The notes under the pieces are model-generated. The model worked only from the letters and a program-made list of their open reading frames with translations. It did no database searches and was not told the DNA's origin. This document shows positions 50,545 to 64,000 of a stretch of DNA of 64,000 nt, piece by piece; within the stretch, counting starts at the first letter, position 1; each line of letters begins with the position of its first letter. The DNA is taken from assembly GCA_964016885.1 (NCBI GenBank), contig CAXHJY010001688.1, forward strand, positions 121,899 through 185,898, read 5' to 3'. The DNA comes from Eledone cirrhosa. Taxonomy: Eukaryota. The position numbers were made by a program, and so were the translations under genes.

Positions 50545-53500
50545 TAAAGGAATATACTAAGTAACGGTTCTTTTCGTTCTCGATTCAAACGATTCAAGAA
50601 CAACGTTTAAAACACAGTTGTAGAATTAAAAACTAACTGAAAAGAAATATTACCCAAGCTGTGAATAACTTTAAATTTGATTCTGACAGAACTTTGTCGA
50701 AACTTTTAAAGAAGATCATCGACTATTTTGAAAAATAAATACGAAATATTAGGGAATAGACGAACTCATCATGGCAAAAAGTACAAGTCTCCTTCGACCA
50801 AATCGCAACTACAACCGTTGTATACAATGGAGCTACGAGCTTAACAAAGTATTATATGAAGCATACAAACAATCTGAACCCCAAAAGTTCGGTTTTATGC
50901 AAAGGCTAAAAACTTTATGGAACTCCAAACACCCAGAATTAGACTTTTCTCCAAAGCATTTAAATGAACAGGCAAAACGTATCATTAGATGTAAATTGAT
51001 ACATCTAACGGAATTGAGTGATACTACAAATACAGCCCTTGTAGACAACCACCCCACCTCCACTGACAGACAAAGAGAATGGCCAGCTAAATCTAACAGT
51101 GAACAGCTCACCAACAATTTTGCTGAAATCCATCCCACTTCCACTGAAGAACAGCGAGAAAGGTCAGCTAACTCTAGTAGTAATTGTCACCACATCAACA
51201 ACGAGGCTGAAATTCATGACTCTACTGAACAAACAGAGCACCAAAAACTTGTGAACACCCTACAAGTGATATGGAACGATATGTTTCAAGAGATACACAG
51301 CCTTAATGTGAGTGACAGACCATACAACACCAGAATCAGTAAAGAACCCACTAAATTGGAATTGGAAGCGGTGAACGAAATAGCTGGCAATTATCTGAAG
51401 GCTATACAATCTAAAGGTGTAGAAACGACATTTGAAACGCTTAATGTTTTGTTATATGTTTCAGCTGTCACATTGCTATCATATAACACACATCTAAAAC
51501 CACGCAATCAAGATACAAACAGAAAGCCTGAACCAGCGTGGATGCGAAATTTAAAAACCAAAATTTTGTCCCTGAAACGAAGTATCTCACACATCGCAGT
51601 CGTTATGAAATGCAACATAGGGAGCAACTTCACACGACACCAGGAACACCTAAAGAAAAAGTTAGAGAGACGATTTGGAGATACAAAATTTAAAACTTTG
51701 AACTCCAAATTACACCAGTTGAAACAACAACTCACAGCTACAACAGAAATACTAAAATATAAGTCAACAGCACATAAACGACAAGTGCGAAATAGATTGT
51801 TTGCCAGAGATCCTAAATCAGTTTATCGCAGCTTCGGTGGCAAAAGCTCAATCCCTATAAACGACACCCCTTCAAAAGAACAGGTTGAGAGCTACTGGAG
51901 ATCTGTATGGGAAACGGATGACGGATTCAACAGACAAGATAATTGGCTAAAAGAACTGGAACAGGACTACTGCCAACATGTCCAGATAAAACAATATGAC
52001 ATAGATGGGTCAATACTGGAAACAGCTCTACAGAAAATGTCGAATAGGAAATCGCCAGGCCCAGACCACATTACAGGATACTGGTTGAAGAATTTCACTT
52101 TCTATCGGCAAGATCTCATACGGCTGTTTACAGAAACCATTAAAGGCCCACAAGAACTGCCCAGATGGTTATCAACTGCCACTACTCTCCTCATTCCCCA
52201 AAATAGCCAAATCACCCTTGCTAAAAATTACCTCCCAATAGCCTGCCAAAACATCATGTATAAATTATATACTGGGTGCCTTAACCTGTTCTTAAAGGAT
52301 CACTGTGCTACCAACAACATCATAACACCTGAGCAAGCTGGTGGAAAGAGGGAGGTGTGGGGTTGCATAGATCACCTACTAACTAACAAAATGATTCAGG
52401 AAAAAACAACAAAGAATCGCAGAAACATGATTGTGGTGTGGCTGGACTATCAAAAAGCATTTGATAGTGTACCTCATGGGTGGATTATTAAGGCTTTACA
52501 GTTAGCTAAAGTCCCACAACCATTGGAAGCTGCTGTTGAACGCCTGACCAAGAACTGGTACACCAATTTGTTCCTTAGAGGTGAGAAGGAGCAAGTTAAG
52601 ACTGATAACATACATTACCAGAAGGGCATTTTTCAGGGTGATAGCTTGTCAGTGCTACTCTTCGTTCTCTCACTGAATCCACTATCTTACCTACTCAGGA
52701 AACAAGGTGGACAAAGAAGCGGGCCCGGATGTATCTCCCATCTTTTCTTTGTTGATGACCTAAAGTTGTATGGGCCAAATATCAATGACATCAAAAAACA
52801 ATTGGACCTCATTACACAATTTTCAACCGACATCAAAATGAAATTTGGTGAGTCCAAGTGTGCATATTTGGCAGTAAAACGTGGAAGAGCTGTGCCCTCC
52901 TCTAGAAATCTAGAGATGAACGGCCTGGCAATACAACCTCTGCAGTCAGGTGACAACTACAGATATCTTGGACAGGATGAGAATGTCAGATATGATGGAC
53001 CCATAAATAAGGAGAGAACCAGAACTGAATACCTCAGAAGAGTAAAGAAAATATGGTCATCAGAACTGTCAGCATACAACAAATACATTGCTCACAATAC
53101 TTATGCTGTGCCAATTCTAACGCCAACATTTGGCCTGCTGAACTGGTCATTGCAAAAACTAAGTGAGATGGATGTTAGAACTCTAAAACTTCTCAGTGTT
53201 ACTGGGAACTTTAACATCAATGGTGATGTGGATAGGCTATACTTCTCACGCAAGGAAGGTGGCCGGGGTCTAAAATCAATATTAACAACATATGAGACCC
53301 GGAAAGTAACACTGAAGCAACACCTTCAACAGAGGAAAAAGGTTGGCAACCATCTTGCCCAGGTTTATGAGCATGAAAAAAAATATCATTAGAATAGCGA
53401 CTGATCTGGAGGAGAGATATGGAATAAAGCCTGATATAAATCTCTCACCCAGAGAAATCGGAAGATCCTATTCAATGTTCAAACAAGATTAAAAAATTGA

Positions 53501-54356
53501 CCAATTTACAGAAAAAGTTGTGCATTGATACTTGAGGCGTAAAACACAGACCATAGAGGGGATAAACCACTCAAAAAGCCTGACATGGAGTTCCGACAAG
53601 TTTATGACATCACACCTTGAGGGGTATCTCTATGCAATACAGGAACAAGAACTCCCTACCAAATATCTGCTGCACAAAAGAGGAGGGCCAGCAGCTGACA
53701 ATAAATGTAGGCTATGTAAAAAAAAGATTGAGGATGTAAGCCACATCGTTGCCAGCTGCGAAAGAATGTCATCTCGCTACTACCTCCCCATGAGACACGA
53801 TGGGATAGCTAGAACCATCTGGAACGCACTTCGGAAAACAAAATTAACAACAAACGAGGAAGAATATATTGAGACAGATGGCACTAAGGAATACTGGTGG
53901 AACCTGAAAATAAAAACTGCCACCAAATTAAAGCACAACCGGCCTGATATTGTTGTTTGGGACCACACATTGAAAACGTGTTCTGTTGTGGAGATCAGCT
54001 GCCCACTTGATGTAAACGTTGTCAGAAAAATACAGGAGAAGGAGGACATCTACGGACCATTGATGAGGAGTTTACAAATCCAGTATCCAAGATACACCTT
54101 TAGCTTCATACCCATCATTATTGGAGCTACGGGTTATATACCAACCCGCTTGGACCAAAGTATGACTGAACTTGGATTTGCGGACAAAAAGCGCAGCTCC
54201 CTAATTCATAGTCTACAAATGGCTGCGATAGCTGGCACCTTCAAAATTTGCAAAACATTCTTGCGATTCAAGGGATAACGATTTCTTTTCTTTTACAACC
54301 TTGCCACCAGGAAGGTGGCCGGTCAAAAAAATATACTCGAAATTAAGAGAAAGAGA
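50545..54356 (+). mobile_element. Near full-length R4/Dong-type non-LTR retrotransposon in (CATA)n
   Basis: Single long ORF with RT and restriction-like endonuclease; (CATA)n on both flanks. Confidence 0.9.
50771..54278 (+). pseudogene. RT plus CCHC plus PD-(D/E)xK endonuclease ORF with frameshift and stops near 53.4-53.5 kb
   Basis: KSPGPD, WLDYQKAFDSVPH, GIFQGDSLS, FVDDLKLY, EGGRGL, CRLCKKKIEDVSHIVASC, MRHD, HNRPDIVVWD...VVEISCP. Confidence 0.92.
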
Positions 54357-54436
54357 TACATACATACATACACACATACATACATACATACATACATACA
54401 TACATACATACATACATACATACATACATACATAGA

Positions 54437-55039
54437 GGCTGCCGACTCGTTTTCGAGTACGGCCACTACTTTATATCCATGTAGGAGAACCCCTATCGAT
54501 GCGCTGAACAAGTGTGACTTTTTAGTCCAGCCAGCGACTTGAAAACTCTGGTACAAACACTACACTTGTGACAATTACTGACACAGTGCTGGGCCCATGG
54601 TACCATGTGATGACAAGTGCAGAGAGATCTGCAGATATAAAGCAATGCCTGTGCCGTGAAGCTTTTATAGTGAGGAAAGGCACTGCACAAAGCCAGTCCC
54701 ACTCTCTTAACCAAGATGATATTTACCAAAAAGAAGAACAAGTCAACATCATTGGATACCATCAGGGTTGCATGTGTTATATCAGAGTTTTCCTTCTCCT
54801 AGAATTCTGCCTTGACAAAGGCTAAGGGGTCATCTCTCCCGGTGATTTTGTATGGCCGTTGACTCTTAAGAGCTCCTTTGCCCTTTGACAAGTTTTGTTT
54901 TTAGTCCTGCAGGATGTCCAAAGTCACCCTCCTCACCAAGAAACCTTGGTGGGGTTGCTAGTTTAGTCACCAACGACCCTACCATGAGACAGGTTGTACT
55001 GGGATACATGTTACCAGTAGCACCAACTGGTGACCTGAC
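54437..55039 (-). mobile_element. Non-autonomous RTE-derived element, second copy
   Basis: Colinear and highly similar to 14521-15147. Confidence 0.75.
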
Positions 55040-55123
55040 ATACATACATACATACATACATACATACATACATACATACATACATACATACATACATACA
55101 TACATACATACATACATACATTT

Positions 55124-55572
55124 ATGCAGAACTGATGAGAAATCTGCAGATACTCCACCCTGATTACACATTCAGATTTATACCTGTGATTATTGGGGCA
55201 CTGGGGTATGTTGGTAACTGCCTCGGTGCGGATCTTGAGAGGTTGGGCTTCCCAGGAACAGAAAGACCACAACTAGTTAGGAGGTTGCGGATGCAGTCCG
55301 TTGGTGGAACTGTAAAAATATGTAAAACATTCCAAAATGTTTGCATCTAATACGTGCATATACACTTGTACAGATATAAAGCACACATACAACTCAAAAC
55401 ATACACATGCACACATACAATAACATCCATATCTACACATTTATGCATGCAGACATACATACATATCTACCTAGTTGATGATGTGTAAATTCCAATGAGA
55501 GAGTCTGTGTCTATGTTAGAAACCGACTCTCTCTTTATTGGTAAAAATTTGTGAAATTATAAAACCAGAACA
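55124..55572 (+). mobile_element. R4/Dong-type 3' fragment between (CATA)n
   Basis: MRNLQILHPDYTFRFIPVIIGALG...GTVKICKTF plus the shared 3' UTR. Confidence 0.85.
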
Positions 55573-55584
55573 ACATACATACAT

Positions 55585-56190
55585 GATAGCTGCCCCCTCG
55601 TTATCGTGTATGGTCATTGCATGATATACCACTATTAATAATTATTAATTAATTCTATCGTGCAATGCCTGTGCGTGAAGATATATTTTTAAAGTGAGGA
55701 AAGATTGTGCACTGAGCCAATCCCACTCTCTGAGCGACAGTAGTCGAAAAGAAGAAAAGATCAACATCATCGATAACTACTGAGCCGCAGGTTTTATACC
55801 GGAGTCATCCCAGTTTCCTGAGTTGCCTTCTCCTAGAAGAATGCACTGACAAAGGCTAGGGGTCCTTCATTCCCAGTGGTTTAACCGCGTGATCGAGTGT
55901 CAAGCCCGACTATTTCTATGTCCCCGCGCATATACATACACATGCAGCCATGTATATACACATATACATATATACATGTGTTTATACATATTTACACACT
56001 TGTGGATGGCCGTTTACTCTTATGAGTTCTTCTGCCCCTTGTCAGGTTTTGTTTTTTGTCCTGCAGGGTGTCCAAAATCACGCTCCTCGCCAAGTAAACT
56101 TGGTGGGGTTGCCGGTTTAGTCGCCGACGACCCGACCATGCGACAGGTTGTACTGGGTTACATGTTACCAGTAGCACTCAAGAATGGCCC
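55585..56190 (-). mobile_element. Sister subfamily of the RTE-derived non-autonomous element, interrupted by a microsatellite
   Basis: Shares gcaatgcctgtgc, cccactct, tcaacatcat, ccttctcctaga...gacaaaggcta and the 5' block 55996-56177. Confidence 0.6.
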
Positions 56191-56247
56191 GATATACATA
56201 CATACATACATACATACATACATACATACATACATACATACATACAT

Positions 56248-56573
56248 GGTGGCTGCCAACTCGTTTTCGAGTACGGCCACTACTTTATATCCATGTAGGA
56301 GAACCCCTACCGATGCGCTGAACGAGTGTGACTTTTTAGTCCAGTCACCGACTTGAAAACTCTGGTACAAACACTACACTTGTGACAATTACTGACACAT
56401 AGTGCTGGGCCCATGGTACCATGTGACGACAAGTGCAGAGAGATCACCAGATATAAAGCAATGCCTGTGCCGTGAAGCTTTTATAGAAAGCAAAGGCACT
56501 GCACAAAGCCAGTCCCACTCTCTTAACCAAGATGATATTTACCAAAAAGAAGAACAAGTCAACATCATTGGAT
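56248..56573 (-). mobile_element. 5'-truncated copy of the RTE-derived element
   Basis: Matches 14521-14866. Confidence 0.75.
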
Positions 56574-57104
56574 ACATACATACATGCATACATACATACA
56601 TACATACATACATAGATATACATACATACACATACATACATATTGATATCATCACGAAGATCCTAACCAATCTCTGACATCTTCCCAGTGAAATGCTAAG
56701 ACTTAGCTTCTCTCAATTGATTCTCTACTTTGCAGTTCTCATATATGTAACGTCAATAAAACTATTGATCTATTCTATACCATCTTGTTTTTCCTGTCTC
56801 TCCACTTTCACAATCTCTACACAGCTTTGTCTATCTAATATCACTTCCTCTACGCAGTGCATGTTATAATATCTCATGTACGTTCGTGTGATATGATATA
56901 ACTAGATACAAAGTGTATGTAGGTATAAATGTCAGTCTTTATTTCTGCTTGCATGGCTATGTGCATTGATGCTCATTTGAAATATAGCTATATATAAATA
57001 GACATATATAGATACCTATATATATATATCTTTATATATTCATTTCATTAGTAACTTTTGTTACTCTAGCGCTTCGCCTGTTTATGACCGTGCACACACA
57101 AACA

Positions 57105-57637
<533 letters not shown>

Positions 57638-57712
57638 AATATAAAGGACGTAAAATAAGAAAATATTTTTTTTTAAAAATTTAAAAAAAAATTTTTTCCT
57701 ACTTAAATTTTC

Positions 57713-57794
57713 ACTCCAACTAATTAGTTTCTGCAATGGGATAAAGACAGTTATGTAATCCAACTGTCGAGAATTCATTGCGTCATCAGGAAGT
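57713..57794 (-). ncRNA. Type I hammerhead ribozyme, array copy 1
   Basis: Minus strand: acttc CTGATGA c gcaatg..gacagtt-loop-aactgtc..cattgc a GAAA ctaattag TT ggagt. Confidence 0.8.
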
Positions 57795-58274
57795 CTATTC
57801 TCAGTTAAGTCTCCAGGCAATGCGCGGACACTGGCGGCTCGTATAAAAATAATAATAATTCGGTAGATCGAACAGCTTGCGAGGACTGGATTCTATGTAC
57901 CGAAATTCTCACTGCTTCAAGTCAAATGGCCGATTCTAAAGAATCAATCACGTGACACAGAGGCTAGTTAGAAGGAATGGGATGGTAAGATGACTGACGC
58001 CTACTAACACCCCAAAAAAAAATTTTTTTTTTTTAGAAGTGGTTTTGACAAGTTTGCTCGACAAATCAGTGATTTGGAGATAAATATAGATAATTTAATA
58101 TATCAACTAACATAAGCGCACAGATGCACGCCCATGCCAGCAAGTACACAGGTTATGTCATAGTACCTAGGTGGTTCAATGCAGGAGAATGCAGAACAAT
58201 AATATAAAGGACGTAAAATAAGAAAATATTTTTTTAAAAAAATTTAAAAAAATATTTTTCCTACTTAAATTTTC

Positions 58275-58356
58275 ACTCCAACTAATTAGTTTCTGCAATG
58301 GGATAAAGACAGTTATGTAATCCAACTGTCGAGAATTCATTGCGTCATCAGGAAGT
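58275..58356 (-). ncRNA. Type I hammerhead ribozyme, array copy 2
   Basis: Identical to 57713-57794. Confidence 0.8.
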
Positions 58357-58834
58357 CTATTCTCAGTTAAGTCTCCAGGCAATGCGCGGACACTGGCGGC
58401 TCGTATAAAAATAATAATAATTCGGTAGATCGAACAGCTTGCGAGGACTGGATTCTATGTACCGAAATTCTCACTGCTTCAAGTCAAATGGCCGATTCTA
58501 AAGAATCAATCACGTGACACAGAGGCTAGTTAGAAGGAATGGGATGGTAAGATGACTGACGCCTACTAACACCCCAAAAAAAAATTTTTTTTTTTAGAAG
58601 TGGTTTTGACAAGTTTGCTCGACAAATCAGTGATTTGGAGATAAATATAGATAATTTAATATATCAACTAACATAAGCGCACAGATGCACGCCCATGCCA
58701 GCAAGTACACAGGTTATGTCATAGTACCTAGGTGGTTCAATGCAGGAGAATGCAGAACAATAATATAAAGGACGTAAAATAAGAAAATATTTTTTTAAAA
58801 AATTTAAAAAAATTTTTTTCCTACTTAAATTTTC

Positions 58835-58916
58835 ACTCCAACTAATTAGTTTCTGCAATGGGATAAAGACAGTTATGTAATCCAACTGTCGAGAATTCAT
58901 TGCGTCATCAGGAAGT
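58835..58916 (-). ncRNA. Type I hammerhead ribozyme, array copy 3
   Basis: Identical to 57713-57794; a fourth copy with only the 3' half lies at 59397-59443. Confidence 0.8.
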
Positions 58917-59442
58917 CTATTCTCAGTTAAGTCTCCAGGCAATGCGCGGACACTGGCGGCTCGTATAAAAATAATAATAATTCGGTAGATCGAACAGCTT
59001 GCGAGGACTGGATTCTATGTACAGAAATTCTCACTGCTTCAAGTCAAATGGCCGATTCTAAAGAATCAATCACGTGACACAGAGGCTAGTTAGAAGGAAT
59101 GGGATGGTAAGATGACTGACGCCTACTAACACCCCAAAAAAAAATTTTTTTTTTCAGAAGTGGTTTTGACAAGTTTGCTCGACAAATCAGTGATTTGGAG
59201 ATAAATATAGATAATTTAATATATCAACTAACATAAGCGCACAGATGCACGCCCATGCCAGCAAGTACACAGGTTATGTCATAGTACCTAGGTGGTTCAA
59301 TGCAGGAGAATGCAGAACAATAATATAAAGGACGTAAAATAAGAAAATATTTTTTTTTAAAAATTTAAAAAAAATTTTTTTCCTACTTAAATTTTCACTC
59401 CAACTAATTAGTTTCTGCAATGGGATAAAGACAGTTATGTAA

Positions 59443-62269
<2,827 letters not shown>

Positions 62270-62274
62270 ATATA

Positions 62275-62333
<59 letters not shown>

Positions 62334-62338
62334 ATATA

Positions 62339-62436
<98 letters not shown>

Positions 62437-62461
62437 AATATATACATATATATATATATAT

Positions 62462-64000
62462 CTAATTGATGAAAATGGCACTCTTCAAGACAATGCTAAA
62501 ACCATGGGTGAGATACTGCAGAAACAATACTGCTCTGTTTTCAGCAATCCTGATATGGCCGATCTGGGCTGTATCGGCGATGTTACTCCCCATTACACCT
62601 TATCGGACATAACGTTTGGCGCCCCTGATGTCTTGGCGGCAATAAAGGAAATCAAGCATAATTCAGCAGTAGGTCCCGATAGGTTCCCTGCTTGTGTCTT
62701 GAAGGCGTGTCAACACCAACTTGCTTCTCCTCTTGCCAATCTGTGGCGGAACTCACTGGATGCTGGATATGTGCCAGAAAACCTTCTATCCAGTCTGTTG
62801 TCCCAGTTTTCAAAAAGGGAAACAAATCCCTTGCCGTGAATTACCGTCCAATCTCACTCACCTCTCATATCATTAAGGTATTTGAGCGAGTGGTGAGATC
62901 GCGAATGACCCACTTCCTTGAGAGTAACAATATGCTGAACTCCAACCAGCATGGATTCCGTAATGGAAGGGATTGCCTGACGCAACTACTGCATCACTTT
63001 GATGACATTTTGAGAGCCTTGGGAGAGGGTTCCAACACTGATGTTATCTACCTTGATTTCAGCAAGGCCTTTGACAGGGTTGATCATAACATTCTACTGA
63101 GAAAGCTGTCCAATATTGGTGTCACTGGAAAGCTGCTGCAGTGGATCAAGAGCTTCCTGTCAAACAGAACCCAACATGTTGTAGTTGAGGGAGTCAAATC
63201 AAGCCCAGCCAAAGTCAGTAGTGGAGTCCCACAAGGCACTGTGTTGGGCCCACTTCTCTTCATCATCTATATTAATGACATCACTGACATCATCAAACAC
63301 AGCAACATTAAAATTTTCGCTGATGATTCCAAGCTCCAAAAGGTCATCAATGGCGTGGATGACCGGATAAGCCTTCAGTCAGACCTACTGGCTGTTACCC
63401 AATGGGCAGAAAAGAACAACATGTTACTGAACGAAGACAAATTCGAACTGATCCACTTTGGAAAAGAGGATGCTCTGAAACTCCCGTACTCCCTTCCCTC
63501 CGGGGAAACTCTCGTGGCATCAAACAACATCAGAGACTTGGGAGTAACCGTGGACAGCAACATAAGCTGGACCACGCATATAAGCAGCAAAGTTGACATG
63601 GCCCGCAGAATGTGTTCCTGGATCCTCAGAACCTTCCAGTCGAGAGATTCCCGCACCATTATCCTTCTCTTCTCTACTTTCGCCCGACCACACCTTGAAT
63701 ACTGTTGTCCACTGTGGTCTCCCCACACGAAACAAAGTATCATGAAACTTGAAGCTCCTCAAAGGGCAATCACGAAAAGATAGATGGCATGTCAGACCTT
63801 GACTACTGGGGTCGATTGGAAAACCTGAAACTTTACTCACTCCAACGTCGCCGTGAGCGTTATATTATCTGCATGATGTGGAAAATGTTCCATCATCACT
63901 GCCCAAATGATGTTGGCATCGCCTTCAAGATACACCCAAGGCTTGGGCCCCGTGCTATCCGTCCCATTCAAAAATCTAATCGCAACTCATAACAACAATA
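62462..64000 (+). mobile_element. 5'-truncated CR1/L2-group LINE reverse transcriptase (runs off the window)
   Basis: SAVGPD, NYRPISLTS, NQHGFR, IYLDFSKAFDRVDH, SGVPQGTVLGPLLF, FADD, RDLGV, RPHLEYC, LQRRRERY; frameshifts near 62790 and 63780. Confidence 0.93.

Noticed and set aside
57855-57940. Pol III promoter in the array unit (minus-strand gttcgatct)
   Set aside because: No convincing A-box, and T runs follow shortly downstream.

Overview
AT-rich, repeat-saturated eukaryotic DNA, most likely an octopod cephalopod (inferred from the tRNA-derived SINE family and very long TA tracts). No intact cellular gene is evident; two possible small exons lie at about 27.7 and 30.3 kb. Nearly all long ORFs in the track (YIYI..., poly-L/N/R) are microsatellite artefacts. 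The window holds about 17 kb of interrupted (TA)n, a 5'-truncated Naiad-type Penelope-like element (PLE), Tx1/L1, R4/Dong, RTE and CR1-group LINE relics, SINEs, a non-autonomous Helitron with an empty-site paralogue, a hAT-type MITE enclosing a tRNA-like palindrome, and a 103-bp satellite made from RTE coding sequence. The most notable signal is a set of unrelated type I hammerhead ribozymes (HHR), mostly with palindromic stem III and long or branched stem II, each close to a TA-type microsatellite. One of them lies in every unit of a ~561-bp tandem array (57.6-59.4 kb, minus strand), which is the architecture of a non-LTR retrozyme that could yield self-cleaved or circular RNA monomers. All folds were paired by eye and none has been tested for activity.
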